NCBI GenBank assembly: GCA_964350245.1 | Contig: CAYGJC010000002.1 | Coordinates: 69,473 to 133,472 of the forward strand | Reading direction: 5' to 3' | DNA length: 64,000 bases | Source of the DNA: an uncultured bacterium | GTDB taxonomy: Bacteria; Chlamydiota; Chlamydiia; Chlamydiales; JAAKFR01 | Shown: positions 46,191-56,283 of the stretch, one piece after another | How the letters are laid out: the number at the start of each line of letters is the position of its first letter | Numbering within the stretch: the first letter of the stretch is position 1 | Made by a program: the position numbers and the translations under genes | The notes under the pieces: model-generated | What the model was told of the DNA's origin: nothing | Seen by the model: the letters and a program-made list of their open reading frames with translations, nothing else | Database searches by the model: none

Positions 46191-48016
46191 TGTGCGGCAT
46201 ATTTGGCTATATTGGACCTAGAGAAGCTTCTTCTCTTGTCATAGAGGGAATTCATAAACTGGAGTACCGGGGTTATGATTCAGCTGGTTTAGCTACCATT
46301 TCTGAGGGGCTACTTCTATCTGAAAAAACGGTAGGAAAGGTCTCGTTCTTAGAAGAGGCCGTAAAAGCCAAAAAATGGCACACGCATATGGCGATTGCCC
46401 ATACCCGTTGGGCAACGCATGGAAAACCGACACAAGGGAACGCTCACCCGCACCTTGACGGACACACTCGGTGTGCTGTGGTTCACAATGGGATTATCGA
46501 AAACCATGATGCTGTCAGGAGTCTTCTCAAAAAACGTGGAATAGTGTTTTGCTCTGATACCGATACGGAAGTCATTTCGCAACTGATAGGTTACTTGTAT
46601 AAAGGAAATTTTTTACGCGCTGTTCAACGGGCGCTGCCTTTGCTTCAAGGAGCTTTTGCCATTGCGGTGATTCATCAAGATCATCCCAATGAGATTGTGT
46701 GTGCAGCAAAAGAGAGCCCTCTGGCTATCGGTTTAGGGCAAAATGAGATGTATATCGCCTCCGATGCCTCAGCTTTTTTAAAGTACACCCGTCGCGTGAT
46801 TTATTTAGGCGCCTCTGAGGTTGCTCTGGTCACGCAACACGGTGTGGAGGCATTTGATTCTCGCCTTGAGCCGATTGAAAAAGAGAGCGAAGATCTCACG
46901 CAGATTGCCGAAGAGGTGAGTAAGGGTAAGTTTCAACACTTTATGCTCAAAGAGATCAACGAGCAGCCGCAAACTCTGCAAAACGCTCTGCTCTCCCGCT
47001 TTAGCCGAGAGTATGGAACAGCTACTTTGGACAATCTCAATTTTACAGACGATGAACTACAAAAAATCGAGCGGGTGGTGATTTTGGCTTGTGGGACCTC
47101 CCTGCATGCAGGAATGATCGCCGCTTATATGATCGAGGAAATGGCGCGTATTCCCGTTGAGATCGAAATTTCGTCTGAGTTTCGGTACAAAAACCCCATC
47201 ATTAAAGACAATACATTGGCAATTGCCATTAGCCAATCTGGGGAGACGGCTGACACGTTAGCCGCGATGCGCGAGCTGAAAGAGAAAGGGGCTAAAATTC
47301 TGGGGATTTGCAATGTGCAAGGGTCCACATTAGCCCGTGAGGTGAATAGCTGTCTCTTTTTACGTGCAGGGGCTGAGGTAGGGGTTGCGGCGTCCAAAAC
47401 ATTTACCAGTCAGTTAATTGTCTTGGCTCTTTTAACGTTACGTTTGGGAAGAATGCGCCAAATGAGCCAGAAAGAGGGTGTCAAGTTCATCGATGCACTC
47501 ACTCTTCTTCCTGCCCAAGTGACACAAGTTCTTAAAGGGAGTGAGCAGATCCAAGAGCTAGCTCGGAAGTATGCTCAGTACGATAATTTCTTTTTTTTGG
47601 GTCGCAGGTACATGTATCCAACGGCACTTGAGGCGGCTTTAAAGCTCAAAGAGATTGCCTATGTAAACGCCAATGGCTATCCGGCGGGAGAAATGAAACA
47701 TGGACCGATTGCCTTGATCAATGAGATGTGTCCGACAGTTGCTTTTTGTAGTGACGCCTTCACTTTCCACAAAATGCTCAGTAACTTGATGGAAGTCAAA
47801 GCGCGTAGTGGACTTGTGCTCGCGATTGCGCCGGGAGGCTCTCCTGACATTGAAGCGATCGCGGATGATGTGATTTGGATTCCACCCACTTTGGATGAGC
47901 TTGCTCCTGTTGCCTCGACCGTTGTTGGTCAGCTGTTTGCCTATTATGTTGCAGCAGAACGGGGCACTGAAATTGATCAGCCACGCAATTTAGCTAAATC
48001 CGTAACTGTAGAGTAA
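46190..48016 (+). CDS. glmS: glutamine--fructose-6-phosphate aminotransferase
   Basis: MCGIFGY Ntn nucleophile, two SIS domains and the C-terminal KSVTVE. TAATG overlap with glmM. Confidence 0.97.
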   Translation: MCGIFGYIGPREASSLVIEGIHKLEYRGYDSAGLATISEGLLLSEKTVGKVSFLEEAVKAKKWHTHMAIAHTRWATHGKPTQGNAHPHLDGHTRCAVVHNGIIENHDAVRSLLKKRGIVFCSDTDTEVISQLIGYLYKGNFLRAVQRALPLLQGAFAIAVIHQDHPNEIVCAAKESPLAIGLGQNEMYIASDASAFLKYTRRVIYLGASEVALVTQHGVEAFDSRLEPIEKESEDLTQIAEEVSKGKFQHFMLKEINEQPQTLQNALLSRFSREYGTATLDNLNFTDDELQKIERVVILACGTSLHAGMIAAYMIEEMARIPVEIEISSEFRYKNPIIKDNTLAIAISQSGETADTLAAMRELKEKGAKILGICNVQGSTLAREVNSCLFLRAGAEVGVAASKTFTSQLIVLALLTLRLGRMRQMSQKEGVKFIDALTLLPAQVTQVLKGSEQIQELARKYAQYDNFFFLGRRYMYPTALEAALKLKEIAYVNANGYPAGEMKHGPIALINEMCPTVAFCSDAFTFHKMLSNLMEVKARSGLVLAIAPGGSPDIEAIADDVIWIPPTLDELAPVASTVVGQLFAYYVAAERGTEIDQPRNLAKSVTVE

Positions 48017-48018
48017 AA

Positions 48019-49212
48019 ATGGAATTATCACGTGGAGGAACCCTTTTTGGGGGTTCTCTTTTAATTGCTGGGACTGCCATTGGCGGAGGAATGCTCGCTC
48101 TGCCTGTCTTAACGGCTCCAGGTGGTTTTTTTCCGGCAATTTTTATTTATTTACTTTGCTGGGCGTTCATGACTTCAACCGGTCTGCTTTTGATGGAAAT
48201 TTTCTTGTGGGGAAAAGAGGAAATCAACATCGTTTCCATGGCCAAAATGACTCTGGGGACGCCTGGTAAGATTGTCGCTTGGCTACTCTATCTATTCTTG
48301 TTTTACTCGCTTTCAGTGGCCTACGTTTCAGGAGGTGGAAAGCTTGTCGAGGATGTGTTTGAAGCAATTGGTAGACAAAACTACCCCTCTTGGATGGGCC
48401 CCCTGCTTTTTGTGGCTATTTTTGCCCCTTTTGTCACAATCGGTGCCAAAGCTGTCGATCGCATCAATACACTGCTTATGGCAGGGTTAATTCTTTCCTT
48501 CTGCTTATTTGTTGTTCTGAGTATTAGCCATGTTGAATGGAACTTTCTCAAGAGGGGAAATTTTGGACTTGCTCTATTGGCTACGCCTGTGATGTTCACC
48601 TCTTTTGGCTTTCAAGGGATTGTTCCCACTGTCACTACGTATCTTGATCGGAATCCCAAGCGGGTCAAAAAGGCGATTGTGATTGGAAGTTTAATCCCTC
48701 TGATCACCTACATTATTTGGGAGGGATTGATTTTAGGTGTGATTCCTCTAGCCGGCTTAGAGGAAGCTTTAAATGAAGGGCTGTCAGCTGTCCATCCGTT
48801 AAAAAAAGTTGTGGACTTTCCGTGGCTATTTCGGGTGGGAGAATTTTTTGCTTTTTTTGCGATTATTACCTCATTTTTAGGCGTCACACTTGGTCTTCTC
48901 GACTTTCTTGCCGACGGGTTGAAAGTGAAAAAAACAGTGAGTGGTCGCCTGCTTCTTTCCATCCTGATCTTTGGCCCTCCTCTTGTCTTTGCCATGTTCA
49001 ATGCCTGCCTCTTTTTGAATGCTCTCCACTATGCCGGTGGGCTTGGGTGTGCGCTTCTTTTGGGTTTGCTTCCGATTTTGATGGTGTGGCGTGGCCGCTA
49101 CCGGCTTAAATTCAAAAGTGAGTATACGCTCTTTGGAGGGCGCATCACCCTTACGCTTTTAATTTTATTTATCCTTTTAGAGCTAACACTCATGTTGGTG
49201 AAAATTCTTTAA
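48019..49212 (+). CDS. tyrP: aromatic amino acid permease (HAAAP family, TyrP/Mtr-like)
   Basis: 397-aa 11-TM protein. The N-terminus GGSLLIAGTAIGGGMLALP is typical of TyrP/TnaB/Mtr. Confidence 0.82.
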   Translation: MELSRGGTLFGGSLLIAGTAIGGGMLALPVLTAPGGFFPAIFIYLLCWAFMTSTGLLLMEIFLWGKEEINIVSMAKMTLGTPGKIVAWLLYLFLFYSLSVAYVSGGGKLVEDVFEAIGRQNYPSWMGPLLFVAIFAPFVTIGAKAVDRINTLLMAGLILSFCLFVVLSISHVEWNFLKRGNFGLALLATPVMFTSFGFQGIVPTVTTYLDRNPKRVKKAIVIGSLIPLITYIIWEGLILGVIPLAGLEEALNEGLSAVHPLKKVVDFPWLFRVGEFFAFFAIITSFLGVTLGLLDFLADGLKVKKTVSGRLLLSILIFGPPLVFAMFNACLFLNALHYAGGLGCALLLGLLPILMVWRGRYRLKFKSEYTLFGGRITLTLLILFILLELTLMLVKIL

Positions 49213-49247
49213 GCGTATATAATCAGTCTCAAAATAGGAGGTCCTGT

Positions 49248-49949
49248 ATGAATCGAGGATACATTCAAGATGCGCAAGCAGTCGGCACGTTTTCAACCCG
49301 TGTTTATGGATGGATGGCCATTGGTTTAGGTGTGACAGCTGGGGTAGCTTACTCTATGTTTCGGACAGGTCTCTACCTTAAGCTCATGCCCTTTTGGTGG
49401 GTGTGGGCGATGGCGACTTTTGGTATTGCCATGGGAATCAGTGCAGGCTTAAAGAGGCTTTCGATTGGTGGGGTGATCGGACTCTTTCTTGCCTATGCGG
49501 GCTTAGAAGGGATTTTATTTGGTACGCTTCTGCCTGCTTTCGCCGCTGCTTTTGGTGGACAGGTCATTTGGGCCGCCTTCTTAACTGCCTCAGCCATTTT
49601 TGCTCTTGCAATGGGCTATGGCATGTTTACAAGAAATGACCTCACTAGCTTGGGGAGAATCCTCACTTTTGGTTTGATTGGTTTGATTGCTGTGACTTTT
49701 CTCTACATGATTCTCTCTTTTTTCATTCCGATGCAGTGGGCGCACCTATTTATTAGTTATTTAGGCCTTGTCATTTTTATTGGCCTGACAGCCTATGATG
49801 CACAGACGATTCGTCAGATGAGCATGCAAGTGGATGTCAACTCGACGGCTTCCTACAAGCTATCGATGATCATGGCATTGAGGATGTACATTAATGTGAT
49901 CATGATCTTCTGGTACTTGCTGCAAATCTTTTCATCGGGGCGGAAGTGA
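49248..49949 (+). CDS. Bax inhibitor-1/YccA family membrane protein
   Basis: 233-aa 7-TM protein with the BI-1 pattern (FSTRVYGWMAIGL ... TAYDAQTIRQM). GGAGG RBS. Confidence 0.85.
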   Translation: MNRGYIQDAQAVGTFSTRVYGWMAIGLGVTAGVAYSMFRTGLYLKLMPFWWVWAMATFGIAMGISAGLKRLSIGGVIGLFLAYAGLEGILFGTLLPAFAAAFGGQVIWAAFLTASAIFALAMGYGMFTRNDLTSLGRILTFGLIGLIAVTFLYMILSFFIPMQWAHLFISYLGLVIFIGLTAYDAQTIRQMSMQVDVNSTASYKLSMIMALRMYINVIMIFWYLLQIFSSGRK

Positions 49950-50054
49950 TGGTTAAACCGGTAGGCGCCCTGCACAGGAGGTTCAAGTTCAAAGGTTGAT
50001 GCAGAGTCTTCTCCTTTGCTCGTAGGGTCGCTCTGTCTGCGATCTCGGTTCTTA

Positions 50055-50139
50055 CATCGCCAGATAGAGAATCGATCTTCTTTTTAAAGAGCGCAAAGTC
50101 ATCTACACTTTTGCCTGTGCCAAACAGATTGATAGCATT
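50055..50139 (-). pseudogene. diverged duplicate of the ftsY 3' end (non-functional fragment)
   Basis: The minus-strand translation AINLFGTGKSVDDFALFKKKIDSLSGD aligns with the FtsY C-terminus IKYIGTGESMNDFALFNPKEFIDSLFD. Located ~40 nt downstream of the real ftsY stop, out of frame, with no start. Confidence 0.6.
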
Positions 50140-50179
50140 ATTTGATTGCCCCTTATATAGCCAGCCGCATCGTGTTTAA

Positions 50180-51037
50180 CTAATCAAACAGCGAATCGAT
50201 AAACTCTTTGGGGTTAAAGAGGGCAAAGTCGTTCATACTCTCTCCTGTACCAATGTACTTGATCGGAAGCTGCAACTTCTTTTGAATGGCAATGGCCGTT
50301 CCCCCTTTAGCCGAACCGTCGAGTTTTGTCAAAACCAAACCGCTAAGTGGCGTGTGGGCATGGAAGATGAGCGCCTGATCGACGCCATTTTGCCCAATGG
50401 TGGCATCCAGGATAAGCAACGTCTCATGCGGAGCACCGGGCAAAGCCTTTCCACACACACGCCGGATTTTTTCCAATTCCTTCATCAAATCGGTCTTTGT
50501 ATGCAACCGGCCCGCTGTATCCACCAATACAACATCGCTGCCACGGCTCTTGGCAGCTTCGATAGCATCAAACACAACCGCTGCGGGATCGCTCCCATGC
50601 AGTCCTTTGACTAAAGCGCAGCCTGTTTTATGGGACCATTTCTCTAGCTGGTCAATCGCTGCTGCACGAAACGTATCGGCTGCTGCAATCAAGACTTTTT
50701 TTCCACGTTTCTGATAGTAGGCGGCCAGTTTGGCCACAGTTGTGGTCTTTCCATTTCCATTGACGCCCACAATAAGAATGACATGAGGAGAACCTTCCGT
50801 AATTTGAGGAGAAGGTATCACTTCTAATTGCCGCAATAATTCGGCTTTAATTTCATTGAGAATTTCTTCACCTGAGGCATTTTTTTTGGAAAGAGTGCGG
50901 GCCATTTCTGCCAGCTCAGCACTAGTGGTTCCACCCAGATCGGCCTGGTAGAAAAGCTCTTCTAGCTCTTCAATGACCGTTTCGTCCACTTTTCTGGTGA
51001 AAAGCGCGCGCATCTTTTTCCCTAAAAACCGAAACAT
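50180..51037 (-). CDS. ftsY: signal recognition particle receptor FtsY (short form)
   Basis: NG domain with GVNGNGKTTT, DTAGR and TKLDGSAKGG. 285 aa, with no acidic A domain. Confidence 0.95.
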   Translation of the reverse strand: MFRFLGKKMRALFTRKVDETVIEELEELFYQADLGGTTSAELAEMARTLSKKNASGEEILNEIKAELLRQLEVIPSPQITEGSPHVILIVGVNGNGKTTTVAKLAAYYQKRGKKVLIAAADTFRAAAIDQLEKWSHKTGCALVKGLHGSDPAAVVFDAIEAAKSRGSDVVLVDTAGRLHTKTDLMKELEKIRRVCGKALPGAPHETLLILDATIGQNGVDQALIFHAHTPLSGLVLTKLDGSAKGGTAIAIQKKLQLPIKYIGTGESMNDFALFNPKEFIDSLFD

Positions 51038-51142
51038 AAATCTAAGCTCTCCTTAAGTGATGCGGGAGTGTAGCAAATGAGCACATACTTTGTAAATCGT
51101 CACACTTGAAGGAAAACAAGCGATGTCTCATAAGGGAAAAAT

Positions 51143-52312
51143 ATGTATATCCACGAGTACCAAGCCAAAAATCTGTTGCTCCGTTATGGAGTGCCTGTCC
51201 CTCCATTTGCTGTGGCTTCAAATGAAGAAGAGGTGAGAAAAGCGATTACTGAACTCGGCATTGATGAGGCCGTGATCAAAGTGCAAATCCATGCCGGTGG
51301 TAGGGGGAAGGCGGGAGGCGTTAAATTTGCCAAAACGCCTGAAGAGATTGCGCGCTACGCGAGCGAATTGATCGGCATGCGGATTACGAATAACCAGACC
51401 GGGCCACAAGGAGTTGTGGCTGAGCGTGTTTTAATCGCTCCGCCTGTCTCGATTAAAAAAGAGTACTATCTCGCAGCAACCATCGATCGGTCAAAGGGAA
51501 TCCCCATCTTGATTGCCTCTCCAGAGGGAGGAATGGAAATCGAAGAGATTGCTGTAGAGAAGCCTGAAAAGATTTTGAAAATTCCCTTTGGTAACAATGG
51601 TGCAGTTAGAGGCTACCATCTGCTTGAACTAGCCAAATTTATGGGATGGAGTGGGGATGTAGCCAAAGAGGGAAAACAGCTGGTGGCGCATTTGGCTAAG
51701 GCGTTTATTGAAACGGATGCCTCCCTTCTAGAGATTAATCCCTTGGTGCTAACAGATGAGGACTGTCTTTTTGCCATTGATGCTAAATTTTCTGTCGATG
51801 ATAACGCTCTTTATCGCCAGCCAGCTATTGCTCAGTGGTATGATCCTGCGCAGCAAACACCCAATGAGGTGATGGCAAAAGAGTTTGATTTAGCCTATAT
51901 CGGCCTCGATGGAGAGATCGGATGTCTCGTAAATGGCGCGGGATTGGCGATGGCCACGATGGATATTATCCATCACTATGGCGGCGAGCCAGCTAATTTC
52001 TTGGATGTGGGGGGAGGCGCTTCCAAGGAAGTGGTGGCGCATGGCTTCAAAATTATTTTGCTCGACCCTAAGGTCAAGGCCATCTTTGTCAATATTTTCG
52101 GTGGAATTATGGATTGTGGTGTTCTCGCACAAGGGATTGTGGAGGCGAGTCGAATCGATCAGGTCTCTGTCCCGCTGATTGTACGGATGGAGGGAACCAA
52201 TGTGGAAATTGGAAAGCAAACATTAAAAGAATCAGGGCTCAATATCATCACGGCAGAAACGATGGCGGACGGCGCGATAAAAGCGGTACAAGCAGCAAGG
52301 GAGAAAAGCTAG
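51143..52312 (+). CDS. sucC: succinate--CoA ligase (ADP-forming) beta subunit
   Basis: [13 protein letters not shown]-terminus, ATP-grasp and ligase-CoA domains. Confidence 0.96.
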   Translation: MYIHEYQAKNLLLRYGVPVPPFAVASNEEEVRKAITELGIDEAVIKVQIHAGGRGKAGGVKFAKTPEEIARYASELIGMRITNNQTGPQGVVAERVLIAPPVSIKKEYYLAATIDRSKGIPILIASPEGGMEIEEIAVEKPEKILKIPFGNNGAVRGYHLLELAKFMGWSGDVAKEGKQLVAHLAKAFIETDASLLEINPLVLTDEDCLFAIDAKFSVDDNALYRQPAIAQWYDPAQQTPNEVMAKEFDLAYIGLDGEIGCLVNGAGLAMATMDIIHHYGGEPANFLDVGGGASKEVVAHGFKIILLDPKVKAIFVNIFGGIMDCGVLAQGIVEASRIDQVSVPLIVRMEGTNVEIGKQTLKESGLNIITAETMADGAIKAVQAAREKS

Positions 52313-53184
52313 TGGCGGTTTTGATCGATCAGGAGACAAAAATTATTACGCAAGGCCTGACGGGTAAAGCAGGCTCTTTTCATACAGAGCAAGGAATGGC
52401 CTATGGTTCTCAATATGTCGGTGGCGTTACACCGGGAAAAGGGGGAGGGACGCATCTCGATTTGCCCATCTTTGATACCGTAAAAGAGGCAAAAGCGGCG
52501 ACCGGTTGTACGGCCACACTGATTTTTGTCCCGGCGCCCTTTGCGGCTGAGGCGATTTTAGAGGCTGAAGATTCAGCAATTCCTCTCATTGTGTGCATTA
52601 CAGAAGGCATACCCGTACGTGATATGCTAGAGGTGTCTCATGTGATGAAGCAGAGCGCGACAAGTAGACTGATTGGTCCCAACTGCCCGGGCATCATCAC
52701 TCCCGATGCATGCAAAATTGGCATCATGCCAGGCTACATCCACAAAAAAGGAAAGGTGGGCATTGTTTCACGCTCGGGAACACTAACTTACGAAGCTGTT
52801 TGGCAGACGACTCAGCAAGGCTTGGGTCAGAGCACCTGCGTAGGGATCGGGGGCGATCCGCTCAATGGAACGAATTTTATCGATATGCTGGCACTTTTTG
52901 AGAAAGATCCTGAGACAGAGGCGATCCTCATGATCGGAGAGATTGGAGGAACGGCTGAAGAAGAGGCAGCTGAGTGGATTCGAGCCCATGGAACCAAGCC
53001 TGTTGTGGCGTTTATTGCAGGGCAAACAGCTCCCCCCGGTAGACGTATGGGACATGCGGGTGCAATTATTTCTGGCGGAAAAGGGACCGCGCAGGCCAAA
53101 ATAGATGCCCTCGAAGCTGCCGGTGTCACAGTTGCCCCCACACCAGCCGTGATTGGCGAAACTCTGCAAAAGGTTCTTGGATGA
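52312..53184 (+). CDS. sucD: succinate--CoA ligase alpha subunit
   Basis: [22 protein letters not shown] and the phosphohistidine loop GHAGAII. GTG 52312 overlaps the last base of the sucC TAG and is preceded by GGGAG. The upstream part of the ORF track is a shadow of sucC. Confidence 0.94.
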   Translation: MAVLIDQETKIITQGLTGKAGSFHTEQGMAYGSQYVGGVTPGKGGGTHLDLPIFDTVKEAKAATGCTATLIFVPAPFAAEAILEAEDSAIPLIVCITEGIPVRDMLEVSHVMKQSATSRLIGPNCPGIITPDACKIGIMPGYIHKKGKVGIVSRSGTLTYEAVWQTTQQGLGQSTCVGIGGDPLNGTNFIDMLALFEKDPETEAILMIGEIGGTAEEEAAEWIRAHGTKPVVAFIAGQTAPPGRRMGHAGAIISGGKGTAQAKIDALEAAGVTVAPTPAVIGETLQKVLG

Positions 53185-54329
53185 TTCGATTTCCCGGTAA
53201 AATTCCCATTTCCATTCACCCACTTTTCTGGCTGATCGCCTTTTTCATTGGCTGGATGTGGACAATGACGCTTACCGGGGCGCTTTTATGTGTTGCCATT
53301 ATTTTAATCTCTGTTCTCTTTCATGAATTTGGGCACGCTCTTACTGCTTTACTCTTTGGGCAAAAAACCCGTATCGAGCTAGCTGCTTTTGGAGGCTTTA
53401 CCTACCGGGAAGGAAGGAAGCTTAAATTGTGGGAAGAGTTTTTGGTTGTATTGAACGGTCCTGTTGCCGGCTTTTTTCTCTTCTTAGTCGCCTATACTGT
53501 GTACAAGCATGTACCCATTGAAACACCTGCTCTGCTTTTTGCCGTTAAATTTACCTTTGTTGCGAATCTATTTTGGACTGTGATCAACTTGGTTCCCGTT
53601 CTTCCACTGGATGGAGGACACCTGCTTAGCATCATTCTAGAGGGAATCTTTGGGTTTAAAGGGGTAAAAATGGCCATTATCACGGGACTGGTCATTGCCG
53701 TTGCCATCAGCGTTTTCTTTTTCGCTCTGGGCATGTTTCTGATTGGAGCCCTTTTCTTGATTCTCACCTTTGAGAGCTTCCGATCGCTACGCTACTACAA
53801 GATTTTTACGGAGCAAGATAGAGACAGCAGCTTACAAGATTTGATGAAAGAGGCAGATGCGGATTACCGAGCCGGGAATACCGAGCAGGCGATGACAAAG
53901 TTAGAAGAAGTGCGGAAAAAAACAGGGCAGGGCATCCTCTATACCGTAGCAACCCAGGAGATGGCTGAAATTTATCGGGATCAAGAGAAGTTTGAAGAGG
54001 CCTACGCTCTTCTCACACCTTTGCGTAAAACGCTATCGGGTGATCATCTGGCCACTTTTCACTTTCTTGCCTATATGAACGGCGACTACCAAGTAGTTGC
54101 TGAGGTTGGGAATAAATGTTTTCAGGATAACCCTTCGGCAGACACGGCTCTGATTAATGCACTCGCCTATGGCGCTCTTTCGCGAGCAGAACCTGCAATT
54201 GGGTGGCTTGAGTGCTCTGTACGTGAGGGGCTAACATCCATCAAAGAAGCCACTGCACGCCAAGAGTTCGATTCTATTCGTAATGACCCTCAGTTTCATG
54301 CTTTTGAGCAAAGTCATCAAGAGACGTAG
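53181..54329 (+). CDS. M50 family membrane metalloprotease with C-terminal TPR-like domain
   Basis: HEFGHAL zinc motif in a TM helix, the second motif [12 protein letters not shown], and a helical-repeat C-terminal ~170 aa. ATGA overlap with sucD. Confidence 0.85.
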   Translation: MIRFPGKIPISIHPLFWLIAFFIGWMWTMTLTGALLCVAIILISVLFHEFGHALTALLFGQKTRIELAAFGGFTYREGRKLKLWEEFLVVLNGPVAGFFLFLVAYTVYKHVPIETPALLFAVKFTFVANLFWTVINLVPVLPLDGGHLLSIILEGIFGFKGVKMAIITGLVIAVAISVFFFALGMFLIGALFLILTFESFRSLRYYKIFTEQDRDSSLQDLMKEADADYRAGNTEQAMTKLEEVRKKTGQGILYTVATQEMAEIYRDQEKFEEAYALLTPLRKTLSGDHLATFHFLAYMNGDYQVVAEVGNKCFQDNPSADTALINALAYGALSRAEPAIGWLECSVREGLTSIKEATARQEFDSIRNDPQFHAFEQSHQET

Positions 54330-54389
54330 AAAAGCCTTGCTCCATTTCTGACCCATCTGTTATTTAACTTCTCTTAACGGAGGGTTGCG

Positions 54390-54770
54390 ATGCGACAGTT
54401 TATCCTTTTTATTTTTGTTCTTGTCTTCACGTGCTCGGCTAGGCCGCCCCATAGTGTCAGCGATCTAAAAAGAGAGCTTGATAAGGCTCAAAAAGAGCTT
54501 TCAGTTGCCCAAAAGCGGGTAAAAAAGCTGGAGGAGGCGATCGCTTATCAGGAAATTCAACAGATTGAAGATGAAATTAAGAAAGTGGATGCGGCCGATG
54601 CAGCCACGTTGTTGCAATCGCGCGAGTTGCGACTCGCTTTCTTCTCAACCCAAAGAGAAACACTTGCTACGATCATTCATGATCATCCTGTTTGTGCAGT
54701 GAAAGCACAAGCCGTGCTCGACCAGATTCTCACGCTGATCACACATGTCAGCGATACCTTTATCGACTAA
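54390..54770 (+). CDS. hypothetical exported coiled-coil protein (possible lipoprotein)
   Basis: Signal with a VFTCS lipobox-like site, then a heptad-rich region. GGAGGG RBS 6 nt upstream. Confidence 0.6.
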   Translation: MRQFILFIFVLVFTCSARPPHSVSDLKRELDKAQKELSVAQKRVKKLEEAIAYQEIQQIEDEIKKVDAADAATLLQSRELRLAFFSTQRETLATIIHDHPVCAVKAQAVLDQILTLITHVSDTFID

Positions 54771-56224
54771 TTGAAGTGAAGAGCCACAAAACGGACAGCC
54801 TCTCCTTGACGAATCATTAAAAGCACGCGCCCGGTACCAGATGACTCCCGCACAGCTTCAGTAAACTCCTCAACGTTGGATATCTTCTTGCGATTGACTG
54901 CTAAGATTAAACTTCCCGCTCGCAAAGAAGCCTCTGCCGCTGGACTCCCTGCTTCTACTTTTGAAATCATCACCCCTGTCTGCTCGGCATACCCAAACTT
55001 CTGTGCATACTCGGGGGTGAGCTTCTCTACTTTAAGCCCCAGCTTTTGAACAGGGCTATTCGGTCCCGAAATTTCTTCCGGAACACGGGTAATCACGACA
55101 TCCACCTCTTTTTCTTTACCTTCGCGGATAACCTCGAGATGGAGCTTGGAGCCAGGAGCTAGAAGTGAAACATAATTACGGAATGCACTTAAGCCATTTA
55201 CCTTTTTGCCGTTGTATCCCAAAATAATGTCTTCTTGCTTCAGGCCTCCGAGATCTGCAGGTGAACCTTTGATCACATCAGCCACAAACGCCCCTTTAGT
55301 CGACTTTAATCCGTAAAAATCAGCTAGATCAGCGTCCACTGGCTGCAAAGAGACCCCTAGAAAGCCGCGTGTAACCTGTCCATCGTTGATGAGCTGGTTG
55401 ATGATTTGCTTGGCCATGTTACTTGGAATGGCAAATCCAATTCCCATATACCCACCCGAGCCACTGACGATTGCAGTGTTGACTCCAATGACCTCACCGT
55501 CAACGTCGAGGAGAGGACCTCCCGAATTGCCGGGGTTAATAGCAGCATCTGTTTGGATAAAATCTTCGAAATCAGCAATGTGTAGCTGGCTGCGTCCCTT
55601 GGCGCTCACCACACCTACAGTGACAGATGTCTGTAGACCAAATGGATTTCCAATGGCGATGGCCCAATCTCCTACTTCGAGTGTTTCGGAGTTACCAAAA
55701 GAGAGGAAAGGGAGTTTGTTCTCATCGATTTTGATGACAGCCAAATCGGTTTTCGGATCGGTGCCGACAACCTTTGCTGTGGCCTTTTTTCCACTTTGAA
55801 ACGTGACAGTGACTTTTGCGGCACCATCGACCACATGGTTATTGGTTACAATATACCCATCTTCAGAGACGACAAAGCCCGAGCCGCGCACCATTTCTTC
55901 TTGTCTTTTAGGAGCTTGCTGCTTCTGGCTATAAGGAAATCCGAAGAAGTTATTAAAAAAGTCGTCGTTGAAGTTGTCAAAGGGGTTCTCAAAAAAACCT
56001 CTATTTTGCGGTACCCTAGGTGTCTTTTCTGCGGCATGGCTCTCAATGTAGACGACAGCTGGCGTGGCCTTTTTTGCGACTGTGGAAAAACCCTTAGAGA
56101 TTTGCTTCAAAAGAGCTTCGTTCACACTAGAGGTCTCTTTTTTGGGTCGTTCAGCGGCATGAGCCGTTGTTAGCAAGACAGATCCAACAAAAAGTGAAAA
56201 AAGATGTTTAAATAGCATTCTCAA
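54767..56224 (-). CDS. htrA: periplasmic serine endoprotease DegP/HtrA (two PDZ domains)
   Basis: Signal peptide, catalytic triad context (TNNHVV, D, GNSGGPL), and two PDZ domains. Confidence 0.95.
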   Translation of the reverse strand: MRMLFKHLFSLFVGSVLLTTAHAAERPKKETSSVNEALLKQISKGFSTVAKKATPAVVYIESHAAEKTPRVPQNRGFFENPFDNFNDDFFNNFFGFPYSQKQQAPKRQEEMVRGSGFVVSEDGYIVTNNHVVDGAAKVTVTFQSGKKATAKVVGTDPKTDLAVIKIDENKLPFLSFGNSETLEVGDWAIAIGNPFGLQTSVTVGVVSAKGRSQLHIADFEDFIQTDAAINPGNSGGPLLDVDGEVIGVNTAIVSGSGGYMGIGFAIPSNMAKQIINQLINDGQVTRGFLGVSLQPVDADLADFYGLKSTKGAFVADVIKGSPADLGGLKQEDIILGYNGKKVNGLSAFRNYVSLLAPGSKLHLEVIREGKEKEVDVVITRVPEEISGPNSPVQKLGLKVEKLTPEYAQKFGYAEQTGVMISKVEAGSPAAEASLRAGSLILAVNRKKISNVEEFTEAVRESSGTGRVLLMIRQGEAVRFVALHFN

Positions 56225-56283
56225 CAGTCTCCTGTTAACTAGAATCCGGGAATATAACTGGTAGGTAGGCGCTCGGTCAACGA

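Noticed and set aside
52114-52311. N-terminal 66 codons of the 356-aa ORF containing sucD
   Set aside because: This part lies entirely inside sucC in another frame and has a Cys/Arg/Gly-rich nonsense composition. SucD homology begins at GTG 52312, which has a GGGAG RBS.
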